DNA of 64,000 bases from Eledone cirrhosa. Its lineage: Eukaryota. Position numbers and translations under genes: made by a program. The stretch lies in NCBI GenBank assembly GCA_964016885.1, contig OZ024747.1, forward strand, positions 56,730,001-56,794,000, written 5' to 3'. Positions 23,206 through 37,549 of the stretch are shown here, piece after piece. Under the pieces are notes generated by a model. That model did not search any database. It was not told the DNA's origin and was given only the letters and a program-made list of their open reading frames with translations. Numbering within the stretch: the first letter of the stretch is position 1; every line of letters starts with the position of its first letter.

Positions 23206-26107
23206 ACCTATAAGGTAGTTGGTGTTAGGAAAGTTATCAAGCTGTAGAAACCATACAAATATAGAACATATGAGCAAGATGTGGTCTCTCCAACCTGTCA
23301 GGTCATCAACAGTGACAACTCGTTCAAACCATAGCAGCAAGGAAAATGAACATAAAGCGTTGATAATGATGATTAATATAACCAGTCATTTAGTATGAGG
23401 GATCTGATTGTGTGATCAGTCATTGATTAACCCTTTAGCATTTAAACTGACCATGTCTGGCCAGAATTTTCTCACTTCTGTTCAGACCTGATGTAACTGG
23501 TTGCTCGTACTGATGTTAAGTTATTGTTCTCAAAATAAATAATATGAAAATCCCATAGATTCAATATTATGTGAGATAATTATGTGAAATAAAGCCTTTA
23601 CCATGAAAATATAATAGTATATATAGGGTAATGTAAATGTACAGTCACATAATTTGAATCAGCTGATTGTATAGTTAGTCACAGATTTTTAATCAATGAT
23701 TCTCAAACAAGAGGCACTTAGCTTCTTGAGGAAGAATTTTAACTAAAGTAGGAATTGTTGAGGAGAAATGTTTGTCATGTGAAGGATATACACCAGAAAA
23801 AAATAGAGTAAATGTGTATACAATTCAAATGAAATACCAGTATACTCAACTTTCACTTTCCTGACATTTGTACATTATTCTATGTACTATACATGCACCG
23901 GAGCACTGAACACAATCATTTTCATTATTATTATTATTAATATAAGGGCGGTGGATTAGCAGTATCGGTAGAGGGTCGGACGCCATGCTTTGACGCATAG
24001 AGTTACGGCCCTTGCCATTCTGAGTTCAAATCCCGCCGAGGTTAACTTTGCCTTTCACCCTTATGGGGGTCTATAAAATAAAGTACCAGTAATACACTGG
24101 GTAATTGCTGGCCTTATGCCAAATGTAGAAACAATTATTATTAATATAACAGTTTACAAGATCTGTTGCTTCAGTCTTTATCCTGTTTGGGACTATACAA
24201 TTATTCAGGTTTATAAAGCTTTCTCATGTTGATCTGGGGCTCAGGTGAAAAATTGCTAGACAACATTCATAGAAATTTTGTCAAACAAAGGATTGGAAGG
24301 ACCCTCATTTGTGTCAAAGACATGACAACCTCTCCTGAGCTCTCGATGTAACGTGATACGGTACATAAGCAAGACATAGATCCCTGGCTTGCTTGAGAGA
24401 TCAGTGGTTCCACTTCAGTGCTGACTTGGACTATATAAACCCATCCAACACTTGCTAACAGGGAAAGTGGACTTTAAAACAACAATGATGATGGTGATGA
24501 GGACATTATGTTGATTCTAGTTACACTTTGAATGATCTAATTATATAGTTTTTATTTAATAGGTGTAATTCTATAATCAAACTTTGATTGATGTAACGAA
24601 AGGGTTAAAATGATAAAGTTATCTATATTAACTCTACAAAATACTTCAGCAGTGATGGTACAGTCACTGCCTGTGTCTCTCTTGCTTTCCACATTTCTCA
24701 CTATTATGAACAAATGGGGGCCCATGCACTGGCTACCCCTGAAGCGAGTGCAGAGTTAATAAATGTTGTTAGGTGAGAATAACGCAAAAAAAGGGTTTAC
24801 TTTTGATATCAAATTTACTTCACTTCAGTTAAAAAGAACAACAAATAAGTTACTAGAAGTTAAAACGGTTGACGATGTTTTAGTTGTTACTTCATTATGC
24901 TGTATAGTCTGTTGCCAGAGAAGATGAGAAGTCTGTAGATCAGGAGAGAGAGTAAAGGTCTGTAGAAGTCTGTAGACACATGTAGATTCCAAGGGGTCTA
25001 TAGGAAGTATGTGTTTTACATAGTTATCCTCTCATAAACTGCTCCGAAGTGTCTGGTTTTTGCTTGGTCTGAAACAGGCTTATTTATATCTGTCGCCTCC
25101 TGTCTCCCACGCATAGACTTGTTTACCCCGAAAAGGAGGTGTCCCAGAATTTGACCTTTCTGTGTCACCCAGGGTTCAAGGTGTGGACAGATTTCGCTAC
25201 ACCCCGCAGCCCTGGCTGATAAAATAGAGAAGGTGTTTCCCCGAAAGATGGCTAGTCATGGAATCATCTAATTGTTTAGTTACAATTTGGTTGATCTGAG
25301 TATATAGATACACATTGATTGATGTAATTACACAATCACATTTTTACTAATGTAACTGTGTCATCAATAATTGATATGATTGAACAGTTACTCTTTGAAT
25401 GATCAAATTGATAGATCTGATTGCAAAACCAGATTTTAAGTAATTTGATTGTGTAGTCACAATATGATTGGTAAATCTGACTGTGTTATTAGTCATTGAT
25501 TGATTTAATGTAGTTTTGGAGGTTCAGAAAAGTGTCGAAGACACTGGCCATCCTTATCCTCACTAAATAATTGTTTCTAGTTTTGACATAAGGCCAGCAA
25601 TTTGAAGGGAAAAGGAAACTCGATTAAATTAACCCCAGTGCATTACTGGTACTTTATTTTATTGACATTGTAAGGATGAAAGACAGAGTTAATCTGGGCA
25701 GGATTTAAACTCAGAATGTAAAGGGGATCAGGAGAGGACAACAGTTGAATAAGGTACTCAATATGCTGGTAGAGTATAAGCATTTTTATCTTATATAGAA
25801 CTGACTTCTACAGTAGTAGACCTGTTTCATTTATATTAAATCATTGGTATCACGCATACTGTATTATATATGTTGTATACTTTGTATTCTCAGATATAAT
25901 GATCATATTCTGTGTATTGTATAATTTTTTGTGTCATTTCTTACTACAACAAACACTACTACAGTTTCAATATTATCTCAGTTGTTAGATATAACTGTAT
26001 ATTGAGTGTACTTCAACATTAATGGTTGTTACAGTGTTTTTATTAGTAAAAGAATCAGTTAGCCATATGTGCATGTATTTTGTATGTGTAAATGTAACTT
26101 TCTATCA

Positions 26108-26218
<111 letters not shown>

Positions 26219-26300
26219 AATTTATATATATATATATATATGTATGCATGAATATAAATTTTTTTTTTGATTATATGAAAATATATTAATCATATATATA

Positions 26301-26908
<608 letters not shown>

Positions 26909-26909
26909 A

Positions 26910-26969
<60 letters not shown>

Positions 26970-27306
26970 GAAAAACTGAATCTAATGAAAATCCTATCAT
27001 ACAAAAGAGATATCACAGTTAGAGGATAAAATATTTTTTTATAAAATACCAAAAAATGAAATAAAATTAGTCCCCCTCCTACCACACACCCTTCTCATGC
27101 TTCACCCCATTGTTCTCATGCCATCCCCTCTAACATTGGTGGTTCTGTTGCCAGAAAGTCCAAGCATTCATGTGGAAATCATGCAATGTCTTCGTGATGC
27201 TGGAAGATCTTTCTCTTATTGTCTTGAAGGAATGGAGGAGTAAGAAAAATGCGTGTAGTGTAAGTGTAGAGGAAGAGGAGACTAAGTTGCTTGTTGTTGT
27301 TGTTGC

Positions 27307-27351
<45 letters not shown>

Positions 27352-27482
27352 AGCAAAATAGGAGAGTCTGATTGTCGTAGATTATAAGCCCCCACATTGT
27401 CAGAGTGTGACGGAGGAGGATATATATGTGGGGGTGGTGTTGGTGCCTGTATGTGTATATTATACACACACACACACATATG

Positions 27483-27522
<40 letters not shown>

Positions 27523-27534
27523 TGTGTATGTATG

Positions 27535-27583
<49 letters not shown>

Positions 27584-27585
27584 GA

Positions 27586-27617
<32 letters not shown>

Positions 27618-27730
27618 GAATATATATATATATATATATATATAGCGTGGAAGAACGGACGTAAAACGGTGATGATGATGATGATGATGATATATATATG
27701 TATGTATGTATATATAAATATATATATATG

Positions 27731-27796
<66 letters not shown>

Positions 27797-27803
27797 GTAT
27801 ATA

Positions 27804-27907
<104 letters not shown>

Positions 27908-28164
27908 CTGGGAGAGAGAGAGAGCGAGAAGGGTGGTGAGCGAAGGCAGAGATGTAAAGTTAAAGTGTCGTATATTACACATAGATGCACAGAAAGTAAG
28001 AGGAGTTTGGGAATAAGTAGACTTGTAAGGTAGATAGATAGAAAGATAATTACAGAGATACATAGATAAAGAGATAGACAGACAGACAGACAGACAGACA
28101 TAAAGAGTGAGAGAGAGAGAGAGGCAGAGAGAGATGCATGCTCAGAGGAGTAAAAACATCAACA

Positions 28165-29250
28165 CATATATTCATACATTCATATATACATACACACATA
28201 TATACATACACACATATATACATACACACATATATACATACATACACACATTCATGCATTCATACACACATACATACAAACATACATAGACACAATCATA
28301 TATACATACACATGTACGTACGTATATGCATACACACATATATACATACACACATATATACATACACACATATATACATACACACATATATACATACATA
28401 CACACATTCATGCATTCATACACACATACATACAAACATACATAGACACAATCATATATACATACACATGTACGTACGTATATACATAACACATATATAC
28501 ATACACACATATATACATACATACATATATACATACACACATATATACATACATACACACATTCATGCATTCATACACACATACATACAAACATACATAG
28601 ACACAATCATATATACATACACATGTACGTACGTATATACATACACACATATATACATACACACATATATACATACATACATATATACATACACACATAT
28701 ATACATACATACACACATTCATGCATTCATACACACATACATACAAACATACATAGACACAATCATATATACATACACATGTACGTACGTATATACATGC
28801 ACACATACATACATACATTCATACATAAATACATACACATTTATATACATACATACATTTATACATGCATACACACATACATACAAACATACATACATAC
28901 AATCATATATACATACACACGTATGGACGTATATACATACGTATGTACATATGCACATACACACATACAAATATAGGCACATACATACACACATACATAC
29001 ATACATTCATACATAAATACATACACACATATATACACACATACATACAGACATTCATACATTCATACATACACACATTTATACGCACACATATGTACAA
29101 ACATACATATATACATATATAAACACATGCACATATACATACATAGATGCAATACATATATACATACATGCATACACACTTATACATATATGTACTTACA
29201 TACATACATACATACTTACATATATACATACATATATATATATATATATT
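28165..29250. repeat. compound (CATA/CA/TA) low-complexity array with higher-order repeats
   Basis: Block ACACATTCATGCATTCATACACACATACATACAAACATACATAGACACAATCAT...GTACGTACGT recurs four times. Confidence 0.85.
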
Positions 29251-29547
29251 CATAGAGAACAATTATGGAAACTGCTTCAAAACCTGCAGCTTCTTTACTC
29301 AAATTATAAATTTACATTTGTACCAATAGTTGGGTATGTGGTATGGATTCTATGGTTGGATACTGTTCTTCATACCAACCACAGAGAAAGGACTTTCAGT
29401 CATAGAAATCATATAAAATATATACATATTCATCCAAATATATATACATACATATGTATATATATATATATATATCACCACCCCACTCTCAAGAGTGTGA
29501 AACTAATAAGCCTTTGTTCGTACTGCCTCTCTGTTTTGTTCTCATTC

Positions 29548-29579
<32 letters not shown>

Positions 29580-29865
29580 CCAATATGCCCCCACACCCTC
29601 CCACTGCAAGGTGGTCATGGAGGTACCACAATAAAATAGCACCCAGCCCACACTTTAAAGTGGATGTGTAGGCGCCATGGAAAAAAGCACCCAGCACTCA
29701 CTTTAAATGAGGTTGGTGTTAGGAAGGGCATCCAGCTGTAGAAATGAAGCCAAAATCAATTCCTGTATGAGCAAGGCATGGTCAGCCGACCAGACACTGC
29801 CCACAACAGGACAACCCGTCTAACCCATGCTATCATGGAAGAACGGACGTAAAATGGTGATGATG

Positions 29866-29866
<1 letters not shown>
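29580..29866 (+). mobile_element. RTE 3'-UTR/SINE-tail fragment
   Basis: Matches 56090-56415 and the SINE A tail; ends in (ATG)n. Confidence 0.75.
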
Positions 29867-29902
<36 letters not shown>

Positions 29903-29910
29903 GATATATA

Positions 29911-30801
29911 CAGGGTGCAGACGACATCTGTTCGCAATTTTCAATTTCTAATTTTATGCAAATTTTTTTTACTTCCGTTGTCAATCTTGTGTTCATAAAA
30001 ACAGTGACTATATTTCCATTATTTATTTTCAGAATAATTGATTATGAATAATTTTGAACCTCCAAATTTGTGGAAGAGACACGGAGTTCTTCTTGGAATC
30101 CGCGCCGGGAGGACAAATAAGGAAATTTCAGACTTTCTCAGCGTCAGCAGGAGAATGGTGTCTCATCCAAAGACGTGCCCAGAGTCATGCAGACAAAGTT
30201 TCCAGCGACAACATTGGTCTTAGGTGTTGTCAGCAGTCAAGGTGATGCCGTGCCACCTCACTTCTTCCCTGAGGGCCTCAAGCTGAACACCGATGGCTAC
30301 ATCCGCGTTCTGAGCGAGGTAGTAAAGCTCTGGATCTACCAGGTAGCTGCAGGTAGGCCGTACGTGTGGCAGCAAGACTCAGCGCCCTGCCATATCAGCT
30401 GAAAGACCCAAGCCTGGTGGTCAGAAAAGTTCGTCGACCACACTTCACCGGACATCTGGCCTCCCAGCTCGCCTGACTGCAACCCCCTCGACTTCTTTGT
30501 GTGGGGCGCAGTGGAATGAGACACCAACAGATCTAGTTGCAATACGAAAGACGATCTGAAGGCCAGGATCACAAGTGCCTTAGGGGCCTAAGTCGGGGGA
30601 CAGTGACGAAGGCCTGTAGCCAGTTCCGAGGTCGCCTTTAGGACGTCAACAAAGCCAATGGCGGGTTTATCAAGTGAGATCGAAAGAACAAGTCATGAAG
30701 ACAAACTGACCCAAGTTTGATAAATATATCTTAAAAAATAAAACTACTGTGTTATTTTTTCCTAGACAGTAATCTTACGAACAAATAACGTAGGCATCCT
30801 G
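29911..30801 (+). mobile_element. internally deleted Tc1/mariner transposon, DD37D (maT-type)
   Basis: TA-flanked imperfect TIRs CAGGGTGC.../...GCATCCTG; WQQDSAPCH...WPPSSPDCNPLDFFVWG with 37 codons between the last two Asp residues; in-frame stop at 30400-30402. Confidence 0.88.
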
Positions 30802-30818
30802 TATATATATATATATAT

Positions 30819-30850
<32 letters not shown>

Positions 30851-30851
<1 letters not shown>

Positions 30852-31657
30852 AAATTGCAAGTTTGAAGAACCATTAGATACAATATATACAGTATTTCCT
30901 CTCCCTTGTCTGTAGAAATTAACCACATAACTAATCATTTAAACGAGGCTATAAGTTTAAAATGTAACTATGAAGAAATAATAGACAAATGATACAGACT
31001 ATCTTCCGTGAGGGACAGCCCCATACAATTTATCTAGTCATTCCTTTTAGCCCATAGAAATTGATTAGACAAATAATCAACTACACCGAGTTAGGTTTAA
31101 AATAGAAGTTAGAAGAAAAAATGCATATAAACTTTATCAAAATTCCTCTAGTCTCGACTGTCAGCAGTTTCATTCCTATTTTGCAGATATACCGATCCTG
31201 GATCTATCCACGAGGCTTGGAACTTATCAAGAGACACCTCGAGTCTGGACTAAAATTTCTACCGTGGTCCCTGCCAGAAATGAATTCAAAAATGGCTACG
31301 AATTATCATGTGGCTAGCAGTCAAGGCAGAAAGTTGTGATTGGTTGCCAGGCGGCGAGTAGGCTGGTTGTTAGAAAGTGCAGTCAGATACTGCCTAAAGT
31401 TTTACTCAACATTACAGGAGCATATATTAAATTCAAAGGGGTATATGTATATAATTAGACATAGTCACAGATACAAATATAAGTATGGCTACCTTTCACT
31501 GTGTGACTCAATGAAGAATTAATTAAGCAAATAATTATTAATCAGAGCTTATATATAAAATTGCAAGTTTGAAGAACCATTAGATAAAATATATACAGTA
31601 TTTCCTCTCCCTAGTCCGTAGAAATTAACCATATAAATAATCATTTAAACGAGGCCT
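30851..31657 (-). mobile_element. non-coding HHR element, ~707-bp unit with ~100-bp direct repeat
   Basis: 30851-30950 repeats at about 31558-31657; the repeat is a diverged reverse complement of the 17889/18540 repeat (TATAGCCT...GGTTAATT...GGGAGAGGAAAT...TATCTAAT); HHR at 31151-31235. Confidence 0.75.
31151..31235 (-). ncRNA. type I hammerhead ribozyme with compensated U3-A8 core
   Basis: gtctc-TTGATAA-gttcc[...]ggaat-GAAA-ctg ctga cag-TC-gagac; perfect 5-bp stem I; paired stem III; GUC site. Confidence 0.75.
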
Positions 31658-32555
31658 TGACCGCTAGCCAGAGATGTCTACTAATAAACTTGAAATATTC
31701 AGAAAATGTCAAATAACTATCTAATCCTTAATGGGAGGCTGGATTGATAAAAAGCAATCATAGGTGAACTACATTCAACCAATGATTCTAGCCTGAGAGT
31801 TTATCACCAAGATTCATATGTTAAACAGGCTGGAGGTGACAACATCTAAAAATACTCTGAACATATCATAATATAAACAATTACATAATAGCTGCCTGGT
31901 GAAGTTGTATCAATTAGATAATTGATACCATTGAAATGCATATGACAGCAATGATGTAATATTTCAGAATACTATCTCATAATTCATTTATATATATATA
32001 TAATTTAGATGAGTCTTTGTACATATAACCTTGCATATCTGACAAGATGTCAAAAAAGAGTTGGGCTCCATCACCTTGAGCTGATTAATATCAAAACAAT
32101 TGTAATATGCAAATGAACTTTGCACATATGCTGCACACCACAGCTATATATATATATAATCAATTGGTGAGTAATAATTCATTACTATAGGTGGTACCTG
32201 TTTGAGTACTTTATACTCTTATCTGAAATGGATATTCAGCGCTAAAACTTAGTATTAAAACTAACATCTGCTTGTTAGTGGTCTTATATGCAGAGTGTTT
32301 ATATTAAGAATCAGAGATCAAAATTTGAGTTTTACATATTTTATTTGTAATGAAGGGTAACCTTTGTTTTGCAAATGACCAGCTCTGAGCCTTTAATTGA
32401 TCCCAATCAGGCTTCATTCTTTGATTAGTCTCATGATCAAATTGATTCCAATGTTGAGACTGATTGTAATTGATTAAGGCTCAGAGCTTGTCATTTACAC
32501 ATGTTACACATGATTATGTTAAATTGAAACTTCAATCTCTTATTTCTAATATATA

Positions 32556-32629
<74 letters not shown>

Positions 32630-32640
32630 TACAGATTAAA

Positions 32641-32691
32641 AGTTTAAGCAAAAGACCTTTGCTTTCACCCTAAGTGAAATCATCTGAAACT
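32641..32691 (-). ncRNA. hammerhead-like motif, CAGATGA core (U4A), third copy
   Basis: agttt-CAGATGA-tttcacttagggt-GAAA-gcaaaggtcttttgc-TT-aaact; same family as 6716-7010. Confidence 0.5.
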
Positions 32692-33053
32692 GAGAAAAAT
32701 CAATCGGTAGACACAGAAATAAATATTTCAAAATGTTACAACCAAATATTGTCTTTCAAAAACAGGAAGACATAATGGTGATGTGTGAGGATGTTCTATT
32801 GAGATGAGTGAAATGTATGCTTACATATAGAGAGAGAGAGAGAGAGAGAGGGGTGGAGAGTGGGTGGCCTAGTAGAGTGCTTGCTGTGTTTTCAAGCAAT
32901 ATAGCTCAGTTCATAATGCTTTTTACATGATAGGACATGAGCCCCCACTATGAAAACCCTATGCAATACAACATTGCTGGAGGCCAGCTAAACCTTCTTT
33001 GTTGTGAACTGTGAATTTTATTTCCTTTCACAAGCAGATAGATAGATGGCCAG

Positions 33054-33169
<116 letters not shown>

Positions 33170-33183
33170 ATATATATATACAT

Positions 33184-33244
<61 letters not shown>

Positions 33245-33430
33245 CACACATATATATACACACACATACATATATATATATATATACTCACATTCATATA
33301 CATACATATACACACACACACATACACGCATATACATATATACATACAAATACACACACACATACACATGTGTATGTGTATATATATATGTATATGATTG
33401 TGTGGGCAGGTGTGTGTATATGTATATATA

Positions 33431-33489
<59 letters not shown>

Positions 33490-33630
33490 GTGTATATATA
33501 TGTATATATATGTGTATGTGTGTGTGTATTTGTATGTATATATGTATATGCGTGTATGTGTGTGTGTGTATATGTATGTATATGAATGTGAGTATATATA
33601 TATATGTATGTGTGTGTATATATATGTGTG

Positions 33631-33679
<49 letters not shown>

Positions 33680-33686
33680 ATGTGTA

Positions 33687-33776
<90 letters not shown>

Positions 33777-34130
33777 GATTCACACACACACAAACATATG
33801 CACACACACATATATATATATATACAGATAGATAGATGGATATAAACACACTTATATATATATATCGATTTTATATTATCCTGCTAAAACTTTCACTTTC
33901 TTTATCATTCTCTTTTTACATACCCCTTAAGCTGTTATATTTTATTGATGTATTTCAGCCCCTTTTCTCAATTTATTTTTTCTCACTGAATATAATTTTG
34001 ACACTAGGAAAAGAGACCTGTTTTATTTTACCAAAATATATAATAACAAAAATATACATTTTTATTTCTTGATTTAGTTGACATATTATTTTAATCTTCA
34101 CTATATCCTCAATATCTCAGTGTCTCTCGC

Positions 34131-34182
<52 letters not shown>

Positions 34183-34220
34183 TATATACATACATATGCG
34201 TAAACATGCATATATATATA

Positions 34221-34277
<57 letters not shown>

Positions 34278-34523
34278 TGCATGCATATTTTTATATATGT
34301 ATATATATGTGTGTGTATAAGAATATGTGAATATACACAAGAGTATTTTGTATCGTTTTAATACATCCACATAAATCTGTCAAGAGTTATGGATGTCTTG
34401 AGTGGGGATTGTCCTTTCTTAGTTTTATATAAAAAATAAATATTTCTTAAAAATTATAGCATCATAGTGAAGTCTCTTATATCTTCTTTTTGTGGTTTTT
34501 CTAATTGTAATATCATATATATG

Positions 34524-34562
<39 letters not shown>

Positions 34563-34678
34563 GTATGTGTGTGTTTGTGTTTGTGTGTGTGTGTGTATGT
34601 GTAATATTACATTTATGGTGTGTATATGGACGTATTTCTATATATTTATGTGAACGGTTGCCTGTATTTTTTATTTTG

Positions 34679-34778
<100 letters not shown>

Positions 34779-34779
34779 T

Positions 34780-35212
34780 ATAGAAGTAGTTACACAACAG
34801 TTAGTTCACCATACCGAGAACAATTGTTTCACTTTCGCGGATCTTCAGCTTGGGATGTGTATGGTTATAGGAACAGGAAGGACAACCGTACGAACACGCA
34901 TGCGCAGAAACTCGGTCACTTCACACAGGCAATACTAGACTGCGTGCGGGGGGGGGGGGGTAAGGGAGATAACTGCGAAAGTCCGGAAAGTTTTTAGGTT
35001 GAAAATAAAATAAAAAAATAAAAAAAATAAAAAATAAAATTACAAAGAATCAGTCCGGAGCCTTGTAGTTATGCAATAGATGTTTGGTGATGTGTGGACA
35101 ACGTGTGAAAAATTCACTTCTCGTGTTTAGGCAATCACTACTGCGTAATCTCTTTAGGATAGTTACTCGTTCGTCAATACATAAGACGCACATCGGATTT
35201 CCCCTTGCGTTA
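34780..35212 (-). mobile_element. Penelope-like element 3' fragment (ORF C-terminus plus HHR-bearing 3' region)
   Basis: 35212-35050 encodes YNARGNPMCVLCIDERVTIL...CLNTRSEFFTRCPHITKHLL*, matching the CxLC..E..I...LN.RSE...C.H..K tail of Penelope-like GIY-YIG proteins; HHR about 200 bp downstream. Confidence 0.8.
34814..34853 (-). ncRNA. minimal type I hammerhead ribozyme of the Penelope-like fragment
   Basis: ccaag-CTGAAGA-tccgc gaaa gt-GAAA-caattg-TT-ctcgg; palindromic stem III ACAATTGT. Confidence 0.7.
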
Positions 35213-35439
35213 TATATATATATAACTAAATGTTGAGTCATGTTGGAGATTGGGAAATGACCACTGTTAAAAAGGTAATCAATATGTTGGCACAGTATAG
35301 GCATCTTTCTTTTATATAGAAATGACTTGTTCAGGATTGAAACTGTTTCAATCCTATGAATGAACGACTTCTTGTCTTTTAGATGTCATTTCTATATAAT
35401 CTATATATACACTTGTTGCAGTGATGTCTCTATATGAAT

Positions 35440-36512
35440 GCCCGTTTATTTGTGTTTGGATGAATGGTGCTAAAATTGAAACCATCCAATGTGGGAGCTG
35501 GAGTTCACCAGGGGTGTTTACTGTTATGGTCTCAGTTCAAATCCCGCTGAGGTTTACTTTGCCTTTCATCCTTACGGGGTCGATAAAATAAAGTACCAGT
35601 AATGCACTGGGTAATTGCTGGCCTTGTGCCTAAAGTAGAAACAATTATTTACATGAACAGGATTGGTAGCTGCAGCCAGGTTACAAGTGGTATCATGACT
35701 TGCGGTTGTAAAATCAGTCAGCTGGAAATTGCAGATAACATGGTGTTACTTAACTCAACAGAAGATGATCTTCGACTTGTACTTGATAGGTTTGATGCCA
35801 AGTGCTGCATGGCTGGAATTAAAATCAGTGCTGCTAAAACTGAGACACTCATCCTCACAAGGAAGCCTGTGCAGTGCACTCTGCATATGAATGGAGTTCC
35901 ACTGAAGCAGTTAGAGAAGTTCAAGTATTTCAGGGCCATGTTCATGTGTGATGGAAGGCAGGAGGCTGAATTATGTACAAGAATTGTAGGAGCTGGTGCA
36001 GTAATGCCCCAGTTCCAGCATTCAGTAATCAGAAGAAAGGAGGTTGGCATAAAAGCCAAACTTGCTATCTTCAATTCAATATTCATACCAACCCAAAAGA
36101 GTACGACCTCAAATAAAAGCAGTCAAAATGAGATTCCTCTGAAAAGTCTTTGGAGTAACATTACTCGATAAAGTGTATAGCTCAGTGATCAGAGAGTCAG
36201 TCCAGGTAGAGCCACTACTTCTCTTAATTAAGAGATCACAGATCTGATACTATGGCCATGTGGTTAGAATGTCACAGGAAAGAATCGCTGGAGAGATTTT
36301 ATGGGCAAAACCAACTGGCAAGAGACCAAGAGGTAGACCTCAAACAAGATGGTTGGATAACATCCATGAGCTTGGCTGGACATACTTGGGGATCCAGCCG
36401 AATCAGTTGAAGACGGTTGCTTCTGACAGGACTTGCTGGAAGGAGTATTTGAGGACTCTGTCCCTCTAGCCCAACCCCAACCCTCTCAGGAATAAGTGGG
36501 CGAAAAAGAAGA
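35440..36512 (+). mobile_element. degenerate RTE-clade LINE interrupted by a family-B SINE (35520-35650)
   Basis: VGAGVHQG, IADNMV (ADD motif), KISAAKTE, FKYF, YGHVVRM and GKRPRGRPQTRW motifs. Confidence 0.85.
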
Positions 36513-36694
36513 GAGAAGTATATATACACATGCTGATGTCTTGTGTTTATCTTTTTAGTCCATTGTTTGTTTGTTTTTTTCAGCATTTAATATAATTTTT
36601 ATTTTTATTGTAAATTGACTGATTATTCTCCTCTTCCTTCTACTACTACTACTACTACTACTACTGTTGTTGTTGCTGCTACTACTGCTACTAT

Positions 36695-36746
<52 letters not shown>

Positions 36747-36819
36747 GTTGTTGCTGCTACTACTGCTACTATTACTACTACTACCACTACTGTCACTACT
36801 ACTACTACTACTACTACTG

Positions 36820-36858
<39 letters not shown>

Positions 36859-37446
36859 TTACTACTACTATTTATAGTTGGTGAATCAACCACATTGTAA
36901 GAGTGTCAGTTGCAGTATTCACAATATTTCTCTATTTCCGCCTGTGGTCAACCTTCCCTTTCATCATTTTGACTTACACTTTATGTCTCGGAGTTCTCTC
37001 CCTTGCCCGCCTTGATATAAATTCTCATTAATGAAATTTCTCCTCAATACATGTTTAGTTCCAACTATTTTAAGATGGTTTTTGGCTTACTACATGAAGA
37101 ATATTAGTCTACTTAATGATGTAAGGTTTCATAGTAGGTGAATTATAGGTTAAATCTACTTACATTCTTTCAATCTCTCAAGCTCATTCATTTTCCTTCC
37201 GTTTCTCTTTCCTTTCTTATTTATTTATATTTTATTTTATAAGGATAAACAAAATTTTTCCTTCTTTTCTATAATTTTAAACGTTTTATTTCTACTATTT
37301 TTAACTTGGTTTAATTTTTTTCATTGTATTTCTCAAGGAAAAAAAAATATATATAAGTTATAAAATAAAAAATATATATATAAATTGAATAAAAATATAT
37401 AAATAAATAAGACATGCTATCTTAGAGATTAGGAAGGACAAATAAG

Positions 37447-37549
37447 AAGAAAAAGAAAAAGAAAAAGAAAAAGAAAAAGAAAAAGAAAAAGAAAAAGAAA
37501 AAAAAGAAAAAGAAAAAAAGAAAAAGAAAAAGAAAAAGAAAAAGAAAAA
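37447..37549. repeat. (GAAAAA)n tract
   Basis: Direct reading. Confidence 0.95.
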
